DNA from: Pristiophorus japonicus
Taxonomy: Eukaryota
Assembly: GCF_044704955.1 (NCBI RefSeq)
Contig: NC_091987.1
Location: forward strand, 68,820,001-68,884,000
Direction of reading: 5' to 3'
DNA length: 64,000 nucleotides
The notes under the pieces are model-generated. The model was given only the letters and a program-made list of their open reading frames with translations, had not been told where the DNA came from and did no database searches. Made by a program: the position numbers and the translations under genes. Shown here one piece after another: positions 51,910-64,000 of the stretch (position 1 is the first letter of the stretch; the number at the start of each line of letters is the position of its first letter).

Positions 51910-53886
51910 CCAGGAGTTATACAAAGTTGCCAGAAAAAGTAGCAAACTTCAGGATTGGGAGCAGTTTAGAATTCAGCAAAAAAGGACCAAGAGATTAATT
52001 AAGAGGGGAAAAATAGAGTATGAGAGTAAACTTGCAAGGAACATAAAAACTGACTGCCAAAGTTTCTACAACTATGTAAAAAGAAAAAGATTGGTGAAGA
52101 CAAATGTAGGTCCTTTACAGACAGAAACGGGAGAATTTATAATGGGGAACAAGGAAATGGCAGAACAATTAAATAAATACTTTGGTTCTGTCTTCATGGA
52201 AGAGGACACAAATAACATCCCAGAAATGCTAGGGAACCAAGGGTCTAGTGAACAAGAGGAATTAAAGGAAATGATAAGTAGTAAGAAAATAGTGCTGGAG
52301 AAACTAATGGGACTGAAGGCAGATAAATCCCCAGGGCCTGATGATCTGCATCCCAGAGTACTAAGAGGTAGCCATGGAAATAGTAGATGCATTGGTTGTC
52401 ATGTTCCAAAATTCTATAGATTATGGAACAGTTTCTGCAGATTAGAGGATGGCAAATGTAACTCCACTATTTAAAAAAGGAGGGAGAGAGAAAATGGGGA
52501 ACTACAGACCGGTTAGCCTGACATCAGTAGTAGGGAAAATGCTGGAGTCTATTATAAAGGATGTGATAATGGCACATTTAGATAATATCAACAGGATTAA
52601 ACAAAGTCAACATGGATTTATGAAAGGAAAATCATGTTTGACAAACCTGTTGGAGTTTTTTGACGATGTAACTGATAGAATAGATAAGGGATAACCAGTG
52701 GATGTAGTGTATTTGGATTTTCAGAAGGCCTTTGATAAAGTCCTACATAAGAGGTTAGTTTGCAAAATTAAAGCACATAGGATTGGGGGTAATGTATTGG
52801 CATGGTTTGAAAATTGGTTAACTGACAGGAAACAGAGAGTAGAAATAAACGGGTCTTTTTCAGTGTGGTGGGCAGTGACTAGTGGGGTACCACAGGGTTC
52901 AGTGCTTGGGCCCCAACTATTCACAATATATATACATGATTTGGATGAGGGAACCAAATGTAATATTTCCAAGTTTGCTGACAACACAAAACTAGGTGGG
53001 ATTGTGAGTTGTGAGGAGGATGCAAAGACGCTGCAAAGCGATTTTAGATATGTTGAGTGAATGGGCAAACACATGGCAGATGCAGTATGACGTGGTTAAA
53101 TGTGAAGTTATCCACTTTGGTAGGAAAAACATAAGGACATAGTATTATTTAAATGGTGATGGCTTGGGAAGTGTTGATGTACAGAGGGACCTGGATGTCC
53201 TTGTACACCAATCATTGAAAGCAAACATGCAGGTGCAGCAAGCAGTTAGGAAGGCAAATGGTATGTTGGCCTTCATTGCAAGATGATTTGAGTACAGGAG
53301 AGCAAGGATGTCTTACTACAGTTATGCAGGGCCTTGGTGAGATCACACCTGGAGTATTGTGTGCAGTTTTGGTCTTCTTACCTAAGAAAGGATATATTTG
53401 CCATAGAGGGAGTGCAGCGAAGGTTCACCAGACTGATTCCTGGGATGGCAGGATTGTCGTATGAGGAGAGATTGGGTCGACTAGGCCTGTATTCACTAGA
53501 GTTTAGAAGAATGAGAGGGTATTTCATTGCAACATATAACATTCTGACTGGGTTGGATAGACTGGATGCGGGGAGGATGTTTCCCCTGGCTGGGAAGTCT
53601 AGAACAAAGGGTCACAGTCTCAGGATACGAGGTAGGAAATTTAGGACCAAGATGAGGAGAAATGTTTTCACTCTGAAGGTAGCGAATCTGTGGAATTCTC
53701 TACCATAGAAGTCACTGAATATATTTAAGAGGGAGATAGATAGATTTCTAGAAACAAAAGGCATCAAGTGATATGGGGAAAAAGCGGGAATATGGTGTTG
53801 AGATAGAGGATCAGCCATGATCATATTGAATGGCGGTGCAGACTCGAATGGTCGAATGGCCTACTACTGCTCCTATGTTTCTATGT
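51910..53886 (+). mobile_element. CR1 LINE, 5'-truncated
   Basis: KSPGPD, NYRPVSLTS, FDKV, PQGSVLGP, HLEYCVQFW; (TTTCTATG) tail. Confidence 0.95.
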
Positions 53887-54724
53887 TTTTAAACTGAGAA
53901 AGTTGAACATCAATTCCCTCTGGCATGTTATTGGCTCCAACTCCAACCACTTCTGCTTCGTGCTCTGCAAAGCAGAACAAGTGCCGTTCTTATTCTATGT
54001 AGCCTTGCACTGCTCGTTGACAGAACCCAAAGTTTACAAGGATTTCTGGAAAAAGAAATCAAACAACTTTTTTCCCCAGACTCCATAAAGCAAAAAAGAC
54101 CAATTTCTTTAGAGTAAGGGTTTCACTGCCAGTGTCCCACACTCTTCAACTGGTTTTCCAGTTATTTCACTGAGAGATCAAGAAACAGAGATAAACTAAT
54201 TAAATAAACAGTTATGCTACAGCACATCTACTAATTTATTCAGAAGCATTCTATTTCACAACAACAAATATAAGGGGCGTCTGAAGTCTACACTGGGTGC
54301 ACCCTGATCCTGGAAGTCACTGAATAAGGAGGTGTACCAAGTGTTTAACTGAAGGATTAACAAATTAGCATTTACAAAGGTCACAGTGAGGGTCATTAAT
54401 CCCATTCTCAAATATGAATTAATGTGTTTGAACTGCATGTTTGCATTCTAAAATGTAAATGCACCATAGTTATAATCGATTTAATAAAGCAGGATGTCAT
54501 GGAAATCAATAGAAGATCATTTACCCGGGTTCGCAAACTGGCAACCCATATTTTGATGCTCGAAAGAGACGATATTGGGAAGACTGTTCATATTCTCAGT
54601 CACGTACATGTGTCAGTATTCACATCCTTTGAAAAGAAAATCAAAGTGTAAAGGCTCAATTGATAAAAGCAACTTGAAATTGAACCAAAAAGGTCCCTGT
54701 TTTAATCCTTGATCTCTCCTGTGT

Positions 54725-55984
54725 CATAAGAACATAAGAATTAGGAACAGGAGTAGGCCATCTAGCCCCTTGAGCCTGCTCCGCCATTCAACAAGATCAT
54801 GGCTGATCTGGCCGTGGACTCAGCTCCACTTACCCGCCCGCTCCCTGTAACCCTTAATTCCCTTATTGGTTAAAAATCTTATCTATCTGTGACTTGAATA
54901 CATTCAATGAGCTAGCCTCAACTGCTTCCTTGGGCAGAGAATTCCACAGATTCACAACCCTCTGGGAGAAGAAATTCCTTCTCAACTCGGTTTTAAATTG
55001 GCTCCCCCGTATTTTGAGGCTGTGCCCCCTAGTTCTAGTCTCCACTACCAGTGGAAACAACCTCTCTGCCTCGATCTTGTCTATCCCTTTCATTATTTTA
55101 AATGTTTCTATAAGATCACCCCTCATCCTTCTGAACTCCAACGAGTAAAGACCCAGTCTACTCAATCTATCATCATAAGGTAACCCCCTCATCTCCAGAA
55201 TCAGCCTAGTGAATCGTCTCTGTACCCCTCCAGAGCCAGTATATCCTTCCTTAAGTAAGGTGACCAAAACTGCACACAGTACTCCAGGTGTGGCCTCACC
55301 AATACCCTATACAGTTGCAGAAGGACATCCCTGCTTTTGTACTCCATTCCTCTCGCAATGAAGGCCAACATTCCATTCGCCTTTCTGATTACCTACTGCA
55401 TCTGCAAACTAACTTTTTGGGATTCATGCACAAGGACCCCCAGGTCCCTCTGCACCTCAGCATGTTGTAATTTCTCCCCATTCAAATAATATTCCCTTTT
55501 ACTGTTTTTTTCCCCAAGGTGGATGACCTCACACTTTCCGACATTGTATTCCATCTGTCAAACCTTAGCCCATTCGCTTAACCTATCCAAATCTCTTTGC
55601 AGCCTCTCTGTGTCCTCTACACAACCCGCTTTCCCACTAATCTTTGTGTCATATTCAAATTTTGTTACACTACACTCTGTCCCCTCTTCCAGGTGATCTA
55701 TGTATATTGTAAACAGTTGTGGTCCCAGCACCGATCCCTGTGGCACACCACTAACCACCGATTTCCAACCCAAAAAGGATCCATTTATCCCGACTCTCTG
55801 CTTTCTGTTCGCCAGCCAATTCTCGATCCATGCTAATACATTTCCTCTGACTCCGCATATCTTTATCTTCTGCAGTAACCTTTTGTGTGGCACCTTATCG
55901 AATGCCTTTTGGAAATCTAAATACACCACATCCATCGGTACACCTCTATCCACCATGCTCGTTATATCCTCAAATAATTCCAGT
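54725..55984 (-). mobile_element. CR1 LINE, same subfamily as 33806-34813
   Basis: Near-identical 3' ORF2 (GLPYDDRLSRLGLYSLE..KIEAERLFP) and tail. Confidence 0.95.
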
Positions 55985-56494
55985 CAATTACAAACATACA
56001 AAAATGACAGAAAGAAAACATAGTTGGTCCATCAAACCTGTCTGATATAGTTGTGATGTGCATCACGATACAGACACTTACTATCAACTTAGAGCCAGGT
56101 AATCTCCTCGGAGGGATGAAAAGCCAGATAAAAACCTAGGCCAATTCAGGAAGAATCTGGAAAATTCCTCTCCAGCCCCTTTAGGCGATCAAAACCAGTC
56201 CAGGAGATTACATTGACCCTGATTTATATCACAGGGTAGCTACCTCTTGTATAAAGTGATCTCCACCTTAGCTAGAAGCAGGTCCAGCTCTCACTTGAAG
56301 GTATACAGGGAATCAGCATTCACTGCACAATCTAGACCTTTCATTATTTTATAAATCTCAATCAAATTGCCCAAGTTGACGCTTCGCTAAAGTATATAGT
56401 CCCAGTTCTTTGAGATTATCTGGGTAGCGAAGGTGTTTTAAACTGAGAATCAAATCAATTGGCCTAAGCCAGAACAACAGTTATGTGCTATATC

Positions 56495-56745
56495 TTCAGC
56501 ACTCCTGGGCTGGGGAAGGGGAAAATGAGCTGGAGTTCCTATTCCTGACTGATGTCTAATGACCCCTGCTGCAAGTGTGGATATCAGGTGAGGACATGAT
56601 CAGGCTCACCTGTGACACCTCCACTGGTGACTAGGCTTACACAGGAGGAATGCTCACTTGGGCAAGATACTGGCAGGCAAGATATTGATGCCCACAAAAC
56701 AGTGTCCAAGAACAAGCCAATAAATACCCTCAGGAATCTAGGGTA
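56495..56745 (+). mobile_element. LF-SINE-like remnant
   Basis: gacccctgctg..ggtgaggaca.gatcaggctc..tgtga..ctaggcttacac..gaatg..cacttgggcaagatactgg resembles the LF-SINE body. Confidence 0.55.
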
Positions 56746-58285
56746 GAAAATGACTGCAGGAATGAGGGAATTTGGTCATCCTTCTATGCTACTTTGCCGC
56801 CTTATTTCAGAGATTTTGTCTCAATAGGTGAAGCCAATTACCAATGTCTGAAAACTGGCTGACCCAAGAGTTACTGTGCCTTACCTGAACTATCATATAC
56901 AGTTCAAATGACAACATTCTTGAAGTGTCTTGAATTGAACACCTTATTTCAACATAAATTAATTCAACTGTAAGGCTCATTGATTCCTCCCAGACAAATC
57001 CCTCAATAATACTATATCAGCATCAATTAGAATTTAAACAAACATATTCAAATAAGGTAAACTGAACCAACAAGAAAAAACCCTTTCAATTATTTTGCTT
57101 GAAATAGGTATGGAAAATTGTTAGGCATTATCCATAATTATAATTATCACAAGGATACAAATAGCAAGGTCTTGGGTAGGGGTAATGCTTCCTTTGCATG
57201 TTTAAAAAATGAATGTATAAAAATTGTTACTCTTCCCAACTTGTTAAACTGTAAAGGGTAAACAGAAGACTATCTTTTAACACACGTTAAAGCTGACAAT
57301 TAGGAGGCCCTCTTAAAGTAAGTGTAGGGGGAATACTTTCAATACATAAAATGTAAAATATTGTTGGAAAATATCCTACAATTTTTAAGAGACATTAAGG
57401 CCCTTTACTTTTCATGTTGCTGTTGATGGCAGTCCTAATTTCTGCTGCAAAGCTGTAATATAAATAAGTGGTTTTATATGCCATTTTTTCCAGCCACAAG
57501 TGCATTCAGTCCACCCGTATAGACCAGTGATACGGGTTTTACATTGTCAGTGTGTTTCTGCATTCAGTTATTTGACTGTTGCTGCTAGTGCTATGGTAAT
57601 AGCCCACAATGTAAATGGCATGGATTCCACAGCACACGGTGCTCCAGCACATTACAGAACCACATCTACTTAAACCAAGTTTGAATTCTAAAGAGGTCAT
57701 CAGTGTTGCAATATAATTAGTTCCATTGATATTTCCTTTCCTGGTAACCAATTAACAAATCTAAGGCTGTACTCATCTAGCACTGCTGAACCAGAGGCCT
57801 TCTGAGCAATGTCTAGGACAGGAGCTCAAGCTGATCTCCATGGTTCCTTTCCTATGGAGCTGTCATTATCTGGATAGCTCCTTGACGAAAGTAGACACTC
57901 TTCAGAATATTCTTCAGTTTCTCGACCTTTAGATTGTATCAGCATCTAATGTCACTCTTGTCCAGCCCATTATGACATCTAGCCATGTTCTTTGCCTCTC
58001 ACTTGATCTATTACCTGCAACTTTTTCAAACAGTAACCTGTACATCATTTTCTCATCACCTCAAAATGAGTTATTTCTTTTGAGACCATCTTATTTCTTA
58101 CTCTTATTGTTCAACTTGTTTTCGACAAGCGTCAATAGCGTGCACACAGACACTGCTAGAAATCATTTTTCTCTGAGTGGCCAGTAGTGTTTTTCCAACT
58201 ATTTCTGCTTTTATTGCACTAAATGTTCACATTTGATGCATATAAATTTAAAGGCTCAAGCTATTTTCCCATGTGTTTACATAAT

Positions 58286-60021
58286 CATAAGAACATAAGA
58301 GATAAGAAATAGGAGCAGGACTCAGCCATTTGGCCCCTCGAGCCTGTTCCGCCATTCAATAAGATCATGGCTGATCTGATCATGGACTCAGCTCCACTTC
58401 CCTGCCTGCTCCCCATAACCCTTTACTCACTTATCGCTCAAAAATCTGTCTATCTCCACCTTAAATATATTCAATGACCCAGCCACCACAGCTCTCTGGG
58501 GCAGAGAATTCCATAGATTTATAATCCTCAGAGATGAAATTTCTCATCTCAGTTTTAAATGGCTGGCCCCTTATTCTAAGACTATGCCCTCTAGTTTTAG
58601 TTTGCACTATGAGTGGAAATATCCTCTCTGCATCCACCTTGTTGAGCCCCCTCATTATCCTATAAGGTTCAATAAGATCACCTCTCATTCTTCTGAACTC
58701 CAATGTGTATAGGGTCAACCTAATGAACCTTCTCTGAATAGCCTCCACTGCAAGTATATCCTGCCTTAAATACGGAGACCAAAACTGTACGCAGTACTCC
58801 AGGTGTGGCCTCACCAATATCCTGTACAGTTGTAGCAGGACTTCTCTGCTTCTATACTCTATCTCCATTGCAATAAAGGCCAACATTCCATTTGCCTTCC
58901 TCATTACTAACTTTTTGTGTTTCATGCACAAGGACCCCCAGGTCCCTCTGTACTGCAACACTTTGCAATTTTTCTCCATTTAAATTATAATTTGCTTTTC
59001 TATTATTTCTGCCAAAGTGGATAACCTCACATTTTCCCACATTATACTCCATCTGCCAAATTTTTGCCCACACACTTAGCCTGTCTATATCCCTTTGCAT
59101 ATTCTCTGTATCCTTACAATTTGCTTTCCCATCCATCTTTGTATCATCAGCAAACTTGGCTACATTACACTCGATCCCTTCATCCAAGTCATTAATATAG
59201 ATTGTAAATAGTTGAGGACCCAACATCGATCCCTGCGGCACCCCACTAGTCACTGTTTGCCAACCGGAAAATTACCCATTTATCCCGACTATCTGTTTTC
59301 TGTTAGTAAGCCAATCCTCTATCCATGTATCTATTATATATTACCCCCAATCCCGTGAGCTTTTATCTTGTGCAGTAACATCTTATATGGCACCTTATTG
59401 AATGCCTTCTGGAAATTCAAATACACCACATCCACTGGTTCTCCCTTATCCACCCTGCTCATTACATCCTCAAAGAACTCCAGTAAATTTGTCAAACATG
59501 ATTTCCCTTTCATAAAACCATGATGACTCTGCTTGATTGGATCAAGCTTTTCCAAATGTCCCGCTACTGCTTCCTTAATAATGGACTCCAGCATTTTCCC
59601 AACCACAAATGTTAGGCTAACTGGTCTATAGTTTCATGCTTTTTGTCTGCCTCCTTTTTTAAATAGGGGCATTATATTTGCGGTTTTCCAATCCGCTGGA
59701 ACCGCCCCAGAATCCAGGGAATTTTGGTAGATTACAACCAATGCATCCACTATCTCTTCTGCCACTTCTGTTAAGACCCTATGATGTAAGCCATCAGGTC
59801 CAGGGGACTTGTCCGCCTTTAATCCCATTATTTTACCTAATACTACATCATTAGTGATCGTGATAGTATATCAGTATATGGTATATAAGTTCCACCCTCC
59901 CTATAGCCCCTTGATTATCCACTATTGGGATGTTTTTAGTGTCTTCTACCATGAAGACCGATATAAAATATTTGTGCAACGTCGCTGCCATTTCCCTGTT
60001 CTCCATTATTCATTCCCCAGT
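58286..60021 (-). mobile_element. CR1 LINE, same subfamily as 47461-49918
   Basis: RT motifs on the minus strand; (CATAAGAA) tail. Confidence 0.95.
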
Positions 60022-60169
60022 TTTGTTAACATTGTCAAGTTAATACATTTGAATAGATTATCTGATGAATAAATCTGTTGGGGAGTTTTGAAACTATGCT
60101 TCTATGATATTAAAATTCCTTGGCTGTCAAGTTTCCTTTAAATAAAATTAAAAACATGTGTATCTACAG

Positions 60170-60580
60170 AAAACAATTTACAAACCGTCAAAACTGAGAA
60201 GAGTATTGCAGTGCCAGAGGACAGCCAGATTCAGCTGGATTGCAAGATCAGCAACCGAACCAACCTGGATTCCCAACTCTCTGTGGCCTGGTATACCCGG
60301 AGAATACTGGAGACAGACAGACATCCCATTCTCAGCCTGAACCGGAATTCTGTTTTTGAGTACGGCAGCTCAGTGGATAACAGTGTGAGCCTGAGGGATA
60401 GGCTATGGTTTGAAAAATCTACCGATGAACATTATAGTTTGATACTACAGAAAGCAACTACATCTGACACTGGCAGTTACTACTGTTGTGTAGAAGAGTG
60501 GTTACTTGGCCCCAATAATGTATGGTATAAACTGGGAGAGGATCAGTCTGGACTGACTACTGTCACTGTACAACAACCAG
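60170..60580 (+). CDS. EWI-family (IGSF3-like) Ig V-type domain exon, phase 1-1
   Basis: tatctacag|..|gtatgg; 411 bp open. ENNLQTVK..IQLDCKISNRTNLDSQLSVAWY..DTGSYYCCVEEWLLGPNNVWYKLGEDQSGLTTVTVQQP. Confidence 0.9.
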
Positions 60581-62853
60581 GTATGGTATACCTATTAATT
60601 TCGGTTCAGCAAAACAGCTTTAATGAAGGGTGGTTTATTCTTCTGATTGGCATCAGACCACATTACATCAGGTCACCTTTTGGGAACTTTTAACATATGG
60701 CTGAATGATGTTTTAAAAACTAGATTATACCAAAAATAGCTGAAGTCTGGTTTCTAAAATGTAAAGCCTTCCAGATGATTGATGTGTACTGAATCAGCCT
60801 CAGTTTTAAATTGCAATGTTGTTTATGTCATAAATTTATCCCAGAAGTCTTGCCTGTTTAGGCACCAAATCCATAGCATAACACTTCAAGTACTATAACT
60901 GTCATGTTTAATTGCAGCAGTAGTTCTCATCTAAACAGTGCCGTATTGCCTCCAATACGGACGCTAGAGCCAAAACACAGTGCACATCCACAGTACGTAC
61001 CACAATGTGCATTGTGCAAATGTCTTGCTGACCATGTGAAACCCGCCCCATTCTGTGTCTGCAAATGAGGTCATATGTGACTAGTAAGTAGATTTAAATA
61101 TGTGCAGCTGGGTAAAATGGGGTGAGTGCTATGACTTCCTGAAAATCTTGAGAGCACCATTATTGTGTGCTCCACGTTTCAAAGGAGTTCAGTGTTACTG
61201 TTATGGGTTAGCACAATCCTGTCACTTGGATGATGCATCATTGTTAAATTCAATTTTACCAATAACAAGGTCACAAGATTGACCAATGAAATTCAATGCT
61301 GTCTACTTTACCCAGGCAGTGGGCTTGTGAAAACATTTCCATCTGTTTCAACCCCTGTTCTGCCCATTATTTTGACACAATTCCCATTACTTCTATCTTA
61401 ATTGGTGTTCTATGTTAAACAAAAGAAAATTTAAAACAAATAAATTCACATGCAAAGTACTTTGTAAAGTTTAACAAATTCTGTAAGCTATTACTGACTA
61501 GTAACTGAGAAAGTTAACGCTGTTTATAGCATTGCCATGTCCAGCCATATACTATACCTTCCCAGCCTGGAAGCAATGGTGCATATCCCATAGCTGCATA
61601 TATGCTTAAATGGAATGGGCCAAAAAGAGCACATATAACGGCTGCAGGGCTGCCCTTGACTAGCCAGAAGTATAACCAAGCAGCTGTACTCAATTATCTT
61701 AGATTAAAATTGTGACATTGGCTACATGCGAGTCATTTTGCAAGACACAGATATTATTAAATGGACAAAAATGAAAAATAACCGAGCAAACCTAATGACA
61801 TGGTTGTAGACTGCCAGAGGCAATCTCTTTAAATCTCATTAGCACTGTTGGTGATAATATTGACTTAAACACAGTGTGACTTCTTTAAAAAAATAATTTG
61901 AATTGAAATACCACCTGGACATTTATCTCTGCCTCATTTAGTCATGATTAAGCTGGTGTACATGACTGGTGGCTACAGGCAGAAAAGGTGTGAGACGTGA
62001 TCAGATGGGACGGTGAGAGAACTAGATACAGTTTACTAGAGTATGCTGAGGAGATTGTCCTCAAGGAAATGGCAAAAAAATAATATATTGCTGCATCATA
62101 AGGAATAATCTAGCAAAGTTTGAATATCTGAGATCTGCTATACCATACAAAGGTGCATTATAGCTGCAGGGAAGCCATGAAATAGGCCATTATGGATTGG
62201 GATGTTCCAGAATGAGCTCCATATGACAGCCCACATTGTATTGGGATTAAGTGTAGGCCGCTAGCTATGGCACTGATGATGCAGTTTTGGTGTAGTGTAA
62301 TCTTACTGTTGGTGCTAAACTAAAATGTTTTGTAATCTATACTGCATGTCTCTAGCCAGCAGACAATGCCACTGCACTATGGTATCTACGTGGCTGCATT
62401 AAATGACTCAAAGTTTGCAGCAGAATAAAGTTTACGGACCTTTGATGAAATCAAGGTTTGTGCAGTCATTTGTGTAAGTACTGCAGTTCATACATAGCCA
62501 AGCACGAGTTAACACCTTTGGTAGAGGAGAAGAAAAAAATGGAAAAAGGAAACTAGTGGAGGACCTACTTTATACTGGTGCTATGTAGAAGATTGTGACA
62601 GTTGCTCTGGTATAATAGTGTTTGCGATGTATGAACTTCTGCTTTACGTTGACTTGCATCTTTTTTCTGCCTGTTATTTGCCTTCCAATTTTTTAGGCTT
62701 GCATTTGCTAAAAGTGCTCACTCATGTAGCCCTTCAGCAACTCAACCAGATTGTTATTTATTTTAATTTGGACAGTAAACTGTTTGAACATGAGGGGGAC
62801 CAAAACTGCCCCCTCCCTTAAGGACCACCGGAAATCGGCGGCCACGCTGCGGA

Positions 62854-63561
62854 GGTGTCATGGTTGATCAGTCATTGAAAGTTGGCATGCGGGTACAGCA
62901 GGCGAGGAAGGCAAATGGCATGTTGGCCTTCATAGCTAGCGGATTTGAGTATAGGAGCAGGGAGTTCTTACTGCAGTTGTACAGGGCCTTGGTGAGGCCT
63001 CACCTGGAATACTATGTTCATTTCTGGTCTCCTAATCTGAGGAAGGACGTTCTTGCTATTGAGGGAGTGCAGCGAAGGTTCACCAGACTGATTCCCAGGA
63101 TGGCAGGACTGACATATGAGGAGAGACTGGATCAACTGGGCCTTTATACGCTGGAGATTAGAAGGATGAGGGGGGATCTCATAGAAACATATAAGATTCT
63201 GACGGGATTGGACAGGTTAGATGCGGGTAGAATGTTCCAGATGTTGGGGAAGTCCAGAACCAGGGGACACAGTCTTAGGATAAGGGGTAGGCTATTTAGG
63301 ACTGAGATGAGGAGAAACTTCTTCACTCAGAGAGTTGTTAACCTGTGGAATTCCCTGCTGCAGAGAGTTGTTGATGCCAGTCCATTGGATATATCCAAGA
63401 GGGAGTTAGATATGGCCCTTACGACTAAGCGGATCAAGGGGTATGGAGAGAAAGCAGGAAAGGGATACTGAGGGAATGATCAGCCATGATCTTATTGAAT
63501 GGTCGTGCAGGCTCGAAGGGCCGAATGGCCTACTCCTGCACCTATTTTCTATGTTTCTATG
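62854..63561 (+). mobile_element. CR1 LINE 3' fragment
   Basis: RPHLEY..FWSP, RGDLIETYKI, RTRGHSL; (TTTCTATG)n tail. Confidence 0.95.
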
Positions 63562-63800
63562 TCAGCAAGCACAGGGATGATGAGTGAGCGGGACTTGGTG
63601 CGAGTTAGGACAGGGGCAGTCGAGTTTTGGATGACTTCAAATTTACATGAGGTATAACGTAGGAGGCCAGCCAGGGGTGCATTGGAATAGTCAAGTCTAG
63701 AGGTAACAAAGGCATGAATGTGCTTTTCAGCAGCGGATGAGCTGAGGCAGGGGCGGAGACGGGCGATGTTATGGAGGTGGAAATAGGTGGAGGTGAAAAT
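63562..63800 (-). mobile_element. L2 LINE fragment
   Basis: YFHLHNIARLRP.L..HAFVTSRLDYSNA..IQNSTA.VLT. Confidence 0.85.
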
Positions 63801-64000
63801 TACGCATAGGATCCGCAGCAACAGTCTGCTTAAGGTGAGGCCCTTCCTGCATCACTCAATCTTTCCTCCCGGTGGGTTGATTTTGACCAGAGATGTCTGA
63901 AGATGGGCTTGTTCCATCCCTTGGCTGAGAGAAAGTAACGTGAGTAACTTCACCGATCCTGCACTCCCAGTGGGAAGCCATGCTCAGAGGAGGTGTGATT

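Noticed and set aside
47461-60021. CR1-mediated duplication of the Ig exon (same CR1 subfamily upstream of both exons)
   Set aside because: Insertion sites and truncation points differ, and the exons are far more diverged than the CR1 copies; these are independent insertions.

Overview
Vertebrate genomic DNA, most likely from a cartilaginous fish (shark). This is inferred from SacSINE1/Deu-type, HE1/HER1-like and LF-SINE-like repeats plus abundant CR1. The only host gene seen is an IGSF3 (EWI family) locus on the + strand. Its transmembrane/cytoplasmic last exon is at 9412-9662, followed by a probable ~7.9 kb TE-poor 3' UTR. Unexpectedly, two intact phase-1 EWI Ig-domain exons (50537-50944, 60170-60580) lie DOWNSTREAM of that last exon, with no leader or N-terminal Ig exons recognised in between. 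The rest is nested TEs: a full-length Gypsy LTR element with a 5-bp TSD interrupted by CR1, a Penelope element with hammerhead-bearing pseudo-LTRs, many CR1 copies, RTE/RTE-X/L2 fragments, Harbinger-type elements, G-rich minisatellites and one 232-N assembly gap. All family assignments come from recognising motifs by eye; no searches were run.
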